Shown here one piece after another: positions 33,709 to 44,012 of a stretch of DNA of 64,000 nt; position 1 is the stretch's first letter; each line of letters opens with the position of its first letter. Origin of the DNA: Diplonema japonicum (taxonomy: Eukaryota; Protista; Euglenozoa: Diplonemea); assembly GCA_964019335.1 (NCBI GenBank), contig OZ025743.1, positions 310,001-374,000 of the forward strand, read 5' to 3'. The translations under genes and the position numbers were made by a program. Under the pieces are notes generated by a model, which worked only from the letters and a program-made list of their open reading frames with translations, had not been told where the DNA came from and did no database searches.

Positions 33709-34182
33709 TTATAATGACGGAAGTTTGCTGTTTTCAAAATGCCGGGAAATGAAAGATGAATGGTTCCACCTTAGCCACGACAACGTGAAGGTTTCAGGCT
33801 CCTCCGGCTCCTGAAGCAGCATATCACATAGCAATTCGTCTATCAAAAACGGAATTTTCCAGGTTGAGGCATATTCCCGGATAGCTTTGTTTTCTGTCTC
33901 CAGGTGCAACTGGTTAAGTGCTTTAACATCTGTGTCTTCATCTTCTGTAAAATACGCTCTCTTTTTAACCAGCATTTCCAGCAACCAGGCTATGGGGTCT
34001 TGAGGCCGTGCCTTGTATAATGCCCCAAGAAGCACATCTATAAATATTGCAACTCTGTTCCTCACAAAATACTCCACTGCTCTTTGTTTTTTCCTTTCCC
34101 CCGCCATCCCTGGGCTCACGAGCGGACAGTCCACTTGCGGCCCTTCCAACACTGGCACTGAATCTGGGAGAACAAATTCCAT
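33709..34182 (-). CDS. Small protein with two RIIa/Dpy-30-like dimerisation-docking motifs
   Basis: EYFVRNRV...LLGALYKARPQDPIAWL and EYASTWKIPFLIDELL..ML...PEEP.TF. Start MEFV after the A-tract. Confidence 0.7.
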   Translation of the reverse strand: MEFVLPDSVPVLEGPQVDCPLVSPGMAGERKKQRAVEYFVRNRVAIFIDVLLGALYKARPQDPIAWLLEMLVKKRAYFTEDEDTDVKALNQLHLETENKAIREYASTWKIPFLIDELLCDMLLQEPEEPETFTLSWLRWNHSSFISRHFENSKLPSL

Positions 34183-34732
34183 TTTTTTTTTTTTTTTTTT
34201 GCTTTTTTTTTTTTTTTTGAAAAAGGTGACAGAAAAGAAGAATTGGGAGGAGAGAAGAATAAAAAATAAAAAAAATAAAAAAAATAAAAACCTGGGAGAA
34301 AGAAGAAGCTGGGGGAGAAAATAAAAAAAGGGGGAGGGAAGGAAGAAGAAAAAAATTTTCTTTTCCAAAAAAAAAAGGGAGAAATCGTTGGTTTTTTTTT
34401 CAAAGGGGGGGGGATCGTGTGTTGGGGGAGAGGTAGTGGCGTTTTTTTTTTTTCCTCCCTTTTTTTTTAAGAGCATCGTTTCCAGGTAGAGAACACCAAG
34501 AAAAAAAGGGGGGGGGGAAGAGGGGGAAAACTGGGATAAAAAATAAATTTTCAGGTTTTTTTTTTCTCCCCCCTCATTTCCTTACCCCCCCTTTTTTTCC
34601 TCTTTATTTTCTCGTCACTCAAGTCTTATCATAACACCCACATTATTTCCTCCCCCCCCCCCCTCTCTCTTTCTTTTTTTTTACTCTCGAAATCTATCTA
34701 AAAAAGGGGTGGGAACACTTTTTTCTTGGTTC

Positions 34733-34781
<49 letters not shown>

Positions 34782-34789
34782 CCTTCCCT

Positions 34790-35329
34790 CTACTTGGTGA
34801 GTGCAAGCTCAGAGGTAAGTTTCTTCTGTGACTCAATCTCGTCCCTTAGGGTTTGGATGGTCCTGTAGAGCATGCTTTTTTCTGTCTTGAAGGAGGCCTC
34901 CTTTGCTGCAGCCTCGGCAAACTTTTTCGCGTATTTCAGGGTGTTGAGCTGCATTTCTATATCAACCTTTTGCTCGATGGTAGAAACGGTTTTCTGCTTT
35001 TTTGCAGAGCGGATTTCTTGGCCATCACGGATCTGGAGCGCTTGGAGCTCTGCGTACTCTTCCACATCAACAGCCACCTTGTTTTGCTTCTCTAGAACGC
35101 TCTGCACGGTCCGTAGTTGATGGGCACTGAGCTTCTTATCGAACTCATCCATCCTCTGGTGCTTGTCCAGTTCCGCTTTCTTGATGCTGTCCTTGATCCT
35201 GTCGGGCTTCTCCTCCAGGTCCTTCAGCATGGCCACCGCGTTCACGAATTCGTCCATTTTTTTCGAAATGTCTTGCACAACATCCACTGCCTCGGTGTTG
35301 GCGACATCGGAGGAACGCTTCAGGGACAT
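34790..35329 (-). CDS. Hypothetical coiled-coil protein (179 aa)
   Basis: Clean ORF with coding-like composition and an A-tract before the ATG. Confidence 0.75.
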   Translation of the reverse strand: MSLKRSSDVANTEAVDVVQDISKKMDEFVNAVAMLKDLEEKPDRIKDSIKKAELDKHQRMDEFDKKLSAHQLRTVQSVLEKQNKVAVDVEEYAELQALQIRDGQEIRSAKKQKTVSTIEQKVDIEMQLNTLKYAKKFAEAAAKEASFKTEKSMLYRTIQTLRDEIESQKKLTSELALTK

Positions 35330-35331
35330 TT

Positions 35332-35362
<31 letters not shown>

Positions 35363-36033
35363 TTTTAGAATCGGTTGGTATAAAAAAAAAAAAAAAAAAT
35401 GTAAGACCCAGAAGTAGAACGTAACTGAAGGAAGGGGTTAAAAAAAAAAAAGAAAAAAAAAGAAAAAAAAAAAGAGAAAACAAAAACGGGGAAAGGGGAG
35501 GCGAAAGGTAGCATATGTGCGGGAGCAAAAAAAAAAAAAAAAAAAAAAAAAAAGGAAAGGAAAACTCATCAAAAAAAAAGTAGCAAGTAGCCAGGTTTTT
35601 TTCTCTCTTTTTTTTTTACTCTTTTCTTCCCCCTTTTGAATATTTGAGACTTTTCTTTTCTTCCAAATAAACAATGGGGAGGGGATTTGGAGGGGGAAAA
35701 AAAAAACAATTGTGGGAAAAGAACTGGACCCCTCCCCCTTTCATTTTTTTTTTCCCAGCAAGTCTAAAGATAAAAAAGTATAGAAAAATGAAAAAAAAAG
35801 AAGAGAATAAGAACGGGGAAAAAAAGGGGGGGGATAGAACTTAAAAAAAAAGAAAAGGAAGCACAAAGTAGAGAAAAGGGAGCAAAACCAGGGCAGCAGG
35901 GGGAGGGGGGGAGACGAAAGAAAACTCACCAACGCTTTTTTTTTCTCCCTTTTTCTTTCCCCCCCCCCTCATGTGCGTGATGCTATTTTCTTTTTTTTTT
36001 TTTGTCTAGCTTTTTTTTTCTTTTTTTTTTTCT

Positions 36034-37636
36034 TCATTTTGTTCTTCCTTTCCTTTTTTGTTTCACAAGGTTGGCTTGTTCGTCAGTTTTTTGATCTATT
36101 TCTATTGCGAGTCTTATTTTATCCCATTCCTCGTCGGATATTTTGAGCTCCTTTTTTTTTTTTTTTTTTTTTTTGTCACCCCTCCCTCCATACCTTCGGC
36201 ACATTCCCCAACAGGTCATCTTCCTCATACCTCTCAAATGCATCATTACTGTACCCATCTGAATCTCTTTCATCAGCCAGCGCATCAGTCTCAGAAGGCA
36301 AGGGTGTGGTAAGCCCCGCAGACACATAAGGCGCATCCCCATAACCCGCAGGGGTTCTCGGAGGGGTCAGAGTTTTGTTGTTTTTGGGGCATTTTTTCTG
36401 CTTCCGCGGCTTTGGGGTCACAGAGGATACTTTCCTCTCACTATTCCGCCTGCTGGGTTTAACATGAAGATCAGGCATACTGAACCTCTGAGACGGCCTC
36501 CGACCTGATCTTTCGACAGGCCGTGCGCCTTCAGAGTCAGACATGCCATCTCGGTACTTGATATTTGTTACGGGAGGGATCGCACCTTCTTCAACAAGAA
36601 GGCATTTTTGCGATGGTAAAAGATGAAACTCTATGTCGGGGATCTTCCCAAGCACGGTTTCCCGTCTACGCTGTTGCCTTCTGGTGTCCTTGTCTCTCGG
36701 GGCAGGGGCGGAGTTAGAATGAGTGGAATTCAACTTTGCAGCCCATTCCTGGTACGTTGTTGTAACATCGTTTCTGTTGATCCCGTTCGGTGACAGGTCC
36801 AGCCCTGCACCTACTGATGTAAAGAATTCCTCTATTAACCGTGAGATGGATGATCTTTGCTCGGGTTCCACCACCAGCATCTTCTTCACCATTCTCTGCA
36901 GCTTGTTGTACCTTCGGTTCAAAGGGGAGTACTTCCCGTCCGTGACCTTCTTCACCACTGCAAGGATGTTCGTCCCGTTGAACGGCTTTTCCAACGCCGC
37001 CAGCTCATACAGCACACACCCTGCAGACCACACATCTGCTTTATTCGTATAAGGCTTGCTCTCACACACTTCCGGTGCGATGTAAAACGGCGTGCCCACG
37101 ATTGACTGTGCGACAGACGTGTTCACCAATTTCGATATTCCGAAATCCGCGATTTTCAACGTCGAGTCCTTTGTCAGGAAGATGTTTGCCGGTTTGAGGT
37201 CTCTGTGGATGATGTCCAGGCTGTGGATGTACTTGACTCCCTGGAAGAGTTGGAAGGTCAGGAAGGCGATCTCGTCTTGGCTGAAGTGGGTTGAGGAGCT
37301 TCTCTTCTTCTCGATGTGCTTTGACAAGTCCCCCAAGCTGCAGTGCTCCATCACGATGTTGAGGTTGCCCTCGTGGTCCACGAAGTGGTCCCTGTACCCC
37401 ACCACGTTGCAATGGTCCAGAAGGGACAGAACCTGCACCTCATTCACAGCACTCAGGAGCTCCTCGTCCTCTAGGTCTGCGACATGCACCCTCTTCACAA
37501 CGTGCTTTCCCTTAAGCCCGCCTTCGTCCAGCACCCCTTCCACTAGGTACACCTGTCCGAAGCTCCCCGCACCTATGTTCTGTAATTGTTTGTACCGGCT
37601 CCATGCAGGCACCACAGGGCAGCTAGAGCCACCCAT
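36034..37636 (-). CDS. NEK (NIMA-related) protein kinase, two exons (intron 36151-36193)
   Basis: IGAGSFG, HRDLKPANIFL, DFGISK, VGTPFYIAPE, KADVWSAGCVLYEL. A 43-nt intron joins NVPK to ELKISDEEW. Confidence 0.9.
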
Positions 37637-37843
37637 TAAAGGGCCTCACCCCCTCGCCCACCCTGATAGCGGCTTAAAATACACAAATTACAATGAGGGA
37701 GGGGGAAAGGAAGGGGGAGGGGGGAAAGAAGGGGGAGGGGGGAAAGAAATAATAGAGTGTAGATTTGTTTGTTTGTTTTTCTTTTTTTTTTTTCCTTTTT
37801 CTGCGAACGGGAGCGGAAGCCCCTCTAGCCCTCCAGTGTATGT

Positions 37844-40800
37844 CTACATTGTTTGGCTAAGCGTTTCGATGAATTTCAGCAAGTCGGGCCTCTTCCTTAG
37901 CTGCTCTGCGACGCCCCTCACAGGCTCCCCGTGCCCGATGGCAAGGGGTGTGAGAGCGGCGCTCCTTGGCCGCTTGTAGCTGATGAGAGGCCGTGTGTCG
38001 ATGTAGTAGTCGTGTGTCTGCGGGAGGGCAGGTGGACAGTCATCGATCAGCTCACAGTGGTCCAGCTCCTGCGGGGATTGGCACACCAGCGACGGCTTCG
38101 CTACCAACGCTAGCAACGAGCCCTGCTGCTGATGCTGATGCTGTTGTTGTTGCTGTTGTTGTTGTTGTTCCTTCTGCGGAGCAGGTTTCGGCCTGTAACT
38201 AGCTAAAGCGTTCACGACTTTGTTTATCTGTCCGCAGCTTTGGTTGCACCCATTCGCAGCCTTCCCCGACACCGCCAGCTCCCCGCGTGGTACCGAGACA
38301 GGCCTTCCCAAAGGCGCGATCATCTTCTTGTCGCTCTCCTTCTCTCGGGGTCGGAGAGTCGCGTCCACCTCCCTCTCTGCGTCCTTCTCCCTGACTTGCA
38401 CGAAGGAGTTGTCACTAGAAGGGGTTGAGGGTGGCGACGGTGCGAAGCCCTCGTCTCTCTTGGCCACCAGCACGTCGCACTTCCACCCGGCATTCAAGTT
38501 CTTCCCGCTGCACTGCACTGGGAGATACGGCGACGTAGTTACTGCGGGCACAGCCAGCGTGCGTCGCTTGGCGAGCAGGCCAGACCCCCCTCCTGCTGTG
38601 GCAGGCCGTATCCTCCCTGAGTTGTCGAACTCCATCTCCCTGACCGCCAAGCATGCCTGCGAGTAGACGCGGTCGCCTTCTGTCTGTATGTCAGCATCCG
38701 CTGTCAGGGCGTGCTTTGAAGGAGTCGCAAACTCCCACGTCATAGGCACCAGCTGCACCTCCCGACCGCTTCCTAGCTTCGGGCTGCATACGGCAACCAA
38801 GCTGCTTGATGTAAGATGTGCAGCAGCAGCTTGATGTGTGATGCGCTTTATCTTTTCTAAGTGCAGCTGCACCATCGACCTGTCAAAGGCATCTGAGCAC
38901 TCGCACGCAAGTGCCTTCAGTTCCTCCAGCTGCCGTGTTTCTGCCGTGTCCGGATTCCCTGACGAGGGTCTTGCTCGGTTTCCGCACCCGCTGCCCGGTC
39001 TGGAGGATGTTGACGCAGAGCCAACTCTGGTGAACCTCCTGAGGTTTCTCGGGCTTGCCTCCATCAGCACCACCTCCACAGTGCGGCCCCTGTGCGCTTT
39101 CTCAAAGCTCTGCTTGACAATTGCCGCGTTCTCCTCATGAGGCGTTGTCCCGATCACTGCCAGGTCCTCGTTGCCCCCGTCCAGCCTGGCTGCTTTGATC
39201 GATACGAGATAGACAGGGACCATCCCCAGGTCCTCATGGTAGGCTGAAAGGTGTGCCTTGCTGATGATCTCAAGAGGACATGCGATGGTGTTCTGTGGGA
39301 GGAGGGCCGCTAATCTTATTGCTTCAGAAACGGAACGACCTTTGCAGGCGGGGCCCACGTCGCCTTCTGTGATGGTGACTTTGATGCTGTAGGATGTAGT
39401 TACGAGGAGAGCCCAATGTGCTGCGTAAAGAGATGTTGGGAAGACTGCGACGAGCCTTCCTGGGTCATGCTGTGCGGGTTTTCCTGTGAACTCTGAGAGT
39501 AGTGAGAGCATGTCAGTGACGGCATGTGCCATGACATGCTTCACGTTGTAAATAACAACCACCACGATGTCAGCGCTGCTGGACTCTGCATGCAGCTCAC
39601 TAGGTCTGTTTCTACCGATGCTTGTAACTATAGTTTCCTTGATCACACGCAGCATGTACTCCCTGAATGCTTTTATGTCGTCTTTCTGTGTCTCGAGTTT
39701 CTCTTGTGCATCCCTGAAGGCTTCCATCGCTGAGCTGTTGTCCCGCGAGCTCCGTCGGGACTGCCACTTCTCGATGCTCTTCCGCAGTTCTGCTGTGTGC
39801 CGTTTTGTGGAGTCGTGTCTGTCCTTCAGCCCTCGCATGGTGCCCTGCAGCCTCTCAATCTCCTCTTCACAACGCTGCAGCTTGATCTTCAGAAGCGTTC
39901 CCTCGGACGTTATGGCCTTCACGGTGTCCTGCAGCTCGGTGGCATGCTTCACTGCGGCGCAACGCTCGGACTCCAGCTTCGTCATTTGTACCTTCATAGT
40001 TTTCATTTCACATTTGTTCTTCTCGATCACCTTCTCCCAGTCTTGTTTGTACTGTGTCAGCTCAGACACCTTCTCTGCCTGTGCCGTGCATTCTTTCTCT
40101 ATTTTATTCCGTGCTGCGGCGGCCTCTATCCTGAACCCGTCGTACGCTTTCTTCACACTCCTGAGAGTCTCTTCCACGGACTCCAGCTGACCGCGTACAG
40201 CTTGCGTCTTCGCAACTTCCTCTTCGATGTCTTTGGTTTTTGCCACGATCACCCCCTGCAGCTTCTCGACATCGGCCTTGAAAAGAGCCTCCATGCGGGA
40301 TTTGGACGTGTGTTCTACTTTTAGCTCGCGCTGCACTTCGGACAGGTTTTTCCGCAGCATCGTCTCGGACTGTTGCGTCTTGGTCAGCCTGCTGTTGAGA
40401 GCCACAACCTTGTCTTCAAGCGTCTGCAAGTTTTTCTGGATGTTAACTTGTTCCGCCAGTAACTCGTTCTTTTGCTCCACGGCTGCGTCCAGTTGTGTTT
40501 TGAGAGCTGCAGCGGAATCGACAGACGCTTTAAGCTCGTCTCGGAGACTACTTATTTCCGACTGCAGGCTCTTGCGAGCTTGTAGTTCGTCCACCATCTG
40601 GTTTTGCATTTCCTCGATACTCGCGTTCGCTTCATCAAGTTTCGTGCGCAGCAGGTCAAGCTCTTCGCATAATAACCGGTACTGTTCCTTTTGCTCGTCC
40701 AGCTCCGCTGCGTGGGTCTCATTGAGCTCTTTTATATGGCCCTGCAGCTCGTCCCTTTCAAGGATTGCCGCCTGCAGTTTCCCGGTTATTGCGCCGAGCC

Positions 40801-41815
40801 CCTTCTCGGCGACGATCCTCTTTGCCTCGTTTTCCTTGGCCGTCTTCTCCAGGTCTCGGCACATCTTGCTGCTTGCCGCAATCTCGCTCTTGAGCCTCTC
40901 CATTTCCATGTCGCCTTCTTCCAGAACGTCCTCCAGCTCCGCGTCCTGCTTGGTGATCACGTTTTGCTTTGACTTCAGAAGGCCCTGCAGGGTAGTGAGT
41001 TCCTTGTCTTTCTGTGCAAGCCGTGTCTTGAATTCCTTCTCCGCATGTGCGAGTGCCGCCTGCACCGACGCGGTAGTGATATCGGTGGTGTTGTAACTGG
41101 CGTCTCCTGTGCGCTTGGATAGCTTAGACTTCAAATCGGAGATTTCTTGGCAGAGGGAAGCTGCCTCGCGAATGTGCGTCTGTTCCATTTTGGTTCTTTC
41201 CGCCATGACCTCTGAGGTGATTCTTGTCTTCCACGCGTCTAGTTCGTGTTCCTTGCTGAGGACGGCGTTGGCCTGGTCTTCCGAGAGGATGTGGGCAAGG
41301 TCGATGAGGGAGAAGAAGTCGGTGTTGAAGCTGCCGTTCGTCTCGTTTTGGTAGAGCTGTTCGCGCAGCGCCACGACCTCCGCCCACAGGGTCTTGCGTA
41401 GGTACGTGATGACTTTTTCCTTGCGCAGGAGCTTGCCGTTAGAGATGTTCAGGGCCTGCACCGTGGTGTTCAGCTCTTCGTGATACCTAAGGACAGCCGT
41501 CTTCAAGCATCCAGCAGCCTGTCGCAAAGTGTAACTAGGGGCGCTGTTGATGTCCACACCCAGTGCGCCTACCAGCTTTTTCTCGTCCACCACTGCATGC
41601 TCTTCTACGCTGCCTAGAACCTCCCTCACATCGTACAGCAGTGTGTGCAGCACCGTGCTGTCGAGCCCCAAAGCCTTCGTTTTCTTCACCGCATTTGCCA
41701 CCAACTGCAGACACCTTTCTTTCCACTCGCCCTGCTGCCTGCGGGGTACCCCGTTCGCCCTCACGCTGCCTATCATCTTGCACACCCATTTCTCGACATC
41801 TCTGTTCGACAGCAT
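37844..41815 (-). CDS. Large coiled-coil protein with a degenerate class III nucleotide cyclase-like segment
   Basis: 1323 aa with a long heptad region. LVAVFPT...AAHWAL...IKVTITEGDV...GRSVSEAIRLAAL echoes the cyclase fold without its catalytic residues. Confidence 0.7.
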   Translation of the reverse strand: MLSNRDVEKWVCKMIGSVRANGVPRRQQGEWKERCLQLVANAVKKTKALGLDSTVLHTLLYDVREVLGSVEEHAVVDEKKLVGALGVDINSAPSYTLRQAAGCLKTAVLRYHEELNTTVQALNISNGKLLRKEKVITYLRKTLWAEVVALREQLYQNETNGSFNTDFFSLIDLAHILSEDQANAVLSKEHELDAWKTRITSEVMAERTKMEQTHIREAASLCQEISDLKSKLSKRTGDASYNTTDITTASVQAALAHAEKEFKTRLAQKDKELTTLQGLLKSKQNVITKQDAELEDVLEEGDMEMERLKSEIAASSKMCRDLEKTAKENEAKRIVAEKGLGAITGKLQAAILERDELQGHIKELNETHAAELDEQKEQYRLLCEELDLLRTKLDEANASIEEMQNQMVDELQARKSLQSEISSLRDELKASVDSAAALKTQLDAAVEQKNELLAEQVNIQKNLQTLEDKVVALNSRLTKTQQSETMLRKNLSEVQRELKVEHTSKSRMEALFKADVEKLQGVIVAKTKDIEEEVAKTQAVRGQLESVEETLRSVKKAYDGFRIEAAAARNKIEKECTAQAEKVSELTQYKQDWEKVIEKNKCEMKTMKVQMTKLESERCAAVKHATELQDTVKAITSEGTLLKIKLQRCEEEIERLQGTMRGLKDRHDSTKRHTAELRKSIEKWQSRRSSRDNSSAMEAFRDAQEKLETQKDDIKAFREYMLRVIKETIVTSIGRNRPSELHAESSSADIVVVVIYNVKHVMAHAVTDMLSLLSEFTGKPAQHDPGRLVAVFPTSLYAAHWALLVTTSYSIKVTITEGDVGPACKGRSVSEAIRLAALLPQNTIACPLEIISKAHLSAYHEDLGMVPVYLVSIKAARLDGGNEDLAVIGTTPHEENAAIVKQSFEKAHRGRTVEVVLMEASPRNLRRFTRVGSASTSSRPGSGCGNRARPSSGNPDTAETRQLEELKALACECSDAFDRSMVQLHLEKIKRITHQAAAAHLTSSSLVAVCSPKLGSGREVQLVPMTWEFATPSKHALTADADIQTEGDRVYSQACLAVREMEFDNSGRIRPATAGGGSGLLAKRRTLAVPAVTTSPYLPVQCSGKNLNAGWKCDVLVAKRDEGFAPSPPSTPSSDNSFVQVREKDAEREVDATLRPREKESDKKMIAPLGRPVSVPRGELAVSGKAANGCNQSCGQINKVVNALASYRPKPAPQKEQQQQQQQQQHQHQQQGSLLALVAKPSLVCQSPQELDHCELIDDCPPALPQTHDYYIDTRPLISYKRPRSAALTPLAIGHGEPVRGVAEQLRKRPDLLKFIETLSQTM

Positions 41816-41925
41816 CTGTGCTCACTCATAGGCAGAGCGGAGAAAGAAAGAAAAAAGGAACTGCAGATGAACTATTTCGGAGGGGCAAATTAAAAAAAGA
41901 AACTCTAACGAAATGACTAACAGTC

Positions 41926-43218
41926 TTACCACTGTGCTGCATGCTCCTGGTTTTCTATGAAGGTGTCGAGGAGGGGATCCCACCCGGGAAGTCTGTCGAA
42001 TGTTATCGGGGCGGTGGCAACGGGCGCCGACTGGCTTGTGTTGGGCACTCGTTCGATCAACTGGAAGACAAGTCCCAAGACTTCGGGCTCGGACAGGTGA
42101 TGGAGGGAGATACCGCCGTCGAGGGCGGCACTGTCGAGGATCTTCCGGGCCACACCTTGCGTGGTCGCGTGGGTCAGCAAGGTCACCAACGTCATCTTAA
42201 ACACGGCTTTCTTTGCTGGGACAAGAAGTTCTGAAGCGTAGAAAATCTCCTGCGCGCTGAACGGCGGGGGACGTTCCTTAGGTTCGATCATAACCAACAT
42301 GTCGGGTTGGTTGCTCCTACGGTCCACCCCTACATAGCCGGTTGTGGGGATGTTGGTACTCGCTTCCACCTCGAAGTATGCAGCACGCTGGACAGAAACC
42401 GCCGAGAAGTTTGTGCTCAAAGGGGTAGCCTCGAGGCAACGTGCAAACTCGCTATTTGCGACGAAGGCCACAGGGACTCTCCCGAAGGCGAAGACGCCTG
42501 TGCGGTCCGCCACCTGGTTGCAAATTTGGTACCAAAAGAGAGGAATGAATGAAGGGGGAAGGGCAACTATAAGAATCACAGAAGGATCTTCCGTCCACGA
42601 GTACCTCGTGACACCTGCCTCCTCCAGCAGAGCCTCAAAGTCCATCGTGAGGGCGTCCTCATGACGGTAGCTGAACCGCCCGTTTGATTTCTTCTTGAAC
42701 CGTTCGTAGTGCTCTGTCCACGTGGTGTCGATGTCAATGCCTACGACGTGTTTCGCTCCTCGCTCCAGCGCACAGCTGGCCAGCAACCCCGCACCGTTAC
42801 CCACGATCACCACTGTTTTTTCTTTAAGACTCCCGAACCGGGCTACCAGGTTCCGCGCCTTGGTCATGTCCACCAGGTATCTCGACGGCAGCTCTTGCTC
42901 CTGATGCACGCCAAACAACCTCAAAATAGAGCCCCTGTCGGTCAGCAATCCTTCTGCAGAGGCGTCCACGCTGCCCCTTTGCACGGGCTGCACTACACCA
43001 TCTTGTGACGTCATCTTCTTTCCATATTGGGTCTGCTGTCTCCGTCTTTTGATCGGCCTGTGTTGTGTGGTAAAAAAAAGGGGGGGGGGGTTGTTTTTGG
43101 CATACCCTTCGCGCCTGAACTGATCCCCGAGAAGCGTTTGCTTCCACTTGTAATCGGGCCCTCCTTTTCCGATGGCGGTTCGAAGCTGCCTGCAGACCGC
43201 TCTTGCTGATGTGTACAT
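41926..43218 (-). CDS. KsgA/mtTFB-like rRNA adenine dimethyltransferase family protein, probably mitochondrial; probable in-frame intron 43058-43105
   Basis: Arg-rich presequence, VVIVGNGAGLL...VVGIDID, HEDAL, VALPP, and FGRVP..F....FA..L.A.P similar to TFB1M/Dim1. Confidence 0.7.
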   Translation of the reverse strand: MYTSARAVCRQLRTAIGKGGPDYKWKQTLLGDQFRREGYAKNNPPPLFFTTQHRPIKRRRQQTQYGKKMTSQDGVVQPVQRGSVDASAEGLLTDRGSILRLFGVHQEQELPSRYLVDMTKARNLVARFGSLKEKTVVIVGNGAGLLASCALERGAKHVVGIDIDTTWTEHYERFKKKSNGRFSYRHEDALTMDFEALLEEAGVTRYSWTEDPSVILIVALPPSFIPLFWYQICNQVADRTGVFAFGRVPVAFVANSEFARCLEATPLSTNFSAVSVQRAAYFEVEASTNIPTTGYVGVDRRSNQPDMLVMIEPKERPPPFSAQEIFYASELLVPAKKAVFKMTLVTLLTHATTQGVARKILDSAALDGGISLHHLSEPEVLGLVFQLIERVPNTSQSAPVATAPITFDRLPGWDPLLDTFIENQEHAAQW

Positions 43219-43313
43219 AGCTGCTTCCTAACGGGTGTTGGGTGAAGGAAGTAAAAGGGAAGAAAACAAAAAAAAAAAACAAAAAATAAATAAAAAGAAT
43301 AAAAAAACGAATG

Positions 43314-43763
43314 CTACAACAAGGTTCTTAATAAAACATCATATTCGGTCCGTCGGTGGGCATTGGCCTGCATTGCTTGTGTGTACAAATCGTGGTGGAG
43401 GGCGTGCGGAGGACGTGGGTCTGGGCTCGCAAGTCTGGCTTGCAGCAAGGAGGCTCGTGAGGCAGCAGTTGCCACCGTCTCCTCGTGGCCAACACGGACT
43501 CGATTAAGTTCTGAAGCAACTTGCAGAGACGTGCCTATCTGCTGCCTTTGAGCAGCCGCGCTACCCCGCAGTTCTACCAGTCTCCGTTCCAGCACACTCA
43601 GCTCGTCCCCAAAAGGCCTCCACGGTTCCCATCCGTGTCCCGTGCCCACCATCTCCATCCCAGCCCTGCTAATGCTGCTATTTCTACTGCTCTCGCTCAT
43701 CAACAGGTTCACATTACACGTTACCTCCGAAGCCCCTCTCTGCACTGCCGTGCCCTGAGCCAT
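43314..43763 (-). CDS. Hypothetical short coiled-coil protein
   Basis: 149-aa ORF in the cluster orientation between two genes. Confidence 0.5.
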   Translation of the reverse strand: MAQGTAVQRGASEVTCNVNLLMSESSRNSSISRAGMEMVGTGHGWEPWRPFGDELSVLERRLVELRGSAAAQRQQIGTSLQVASELNRVRVGHEETVATAASRASLLQARLASPDPRPPHALHHDLYTQAMQANAHRRTEYDVLLRTLL

Positions 43764-44012
43764 CTCCCCCCTCTGTGGATTTCTTTACACGCAAAAAAGA
43801 AGGAAGGAAAAGAAAGAGGGAAGATGGATTGTTGTCGAAGGGTGGAAACCCCCCTTGACACCCCCTTCCGAGCCGGATCAGAATCAGCCGGATTAGGGTT
43901 TTCTTAAAAACTTTAAAAAGAGGAAAAGAAACAAACAAACAAAAAAAAAAAAGAGAAAAAGTGCTGTGACCAGCATTGATTCAGCCCCCTCCCGGAAAAG
44001 ATGAAGTTGCCT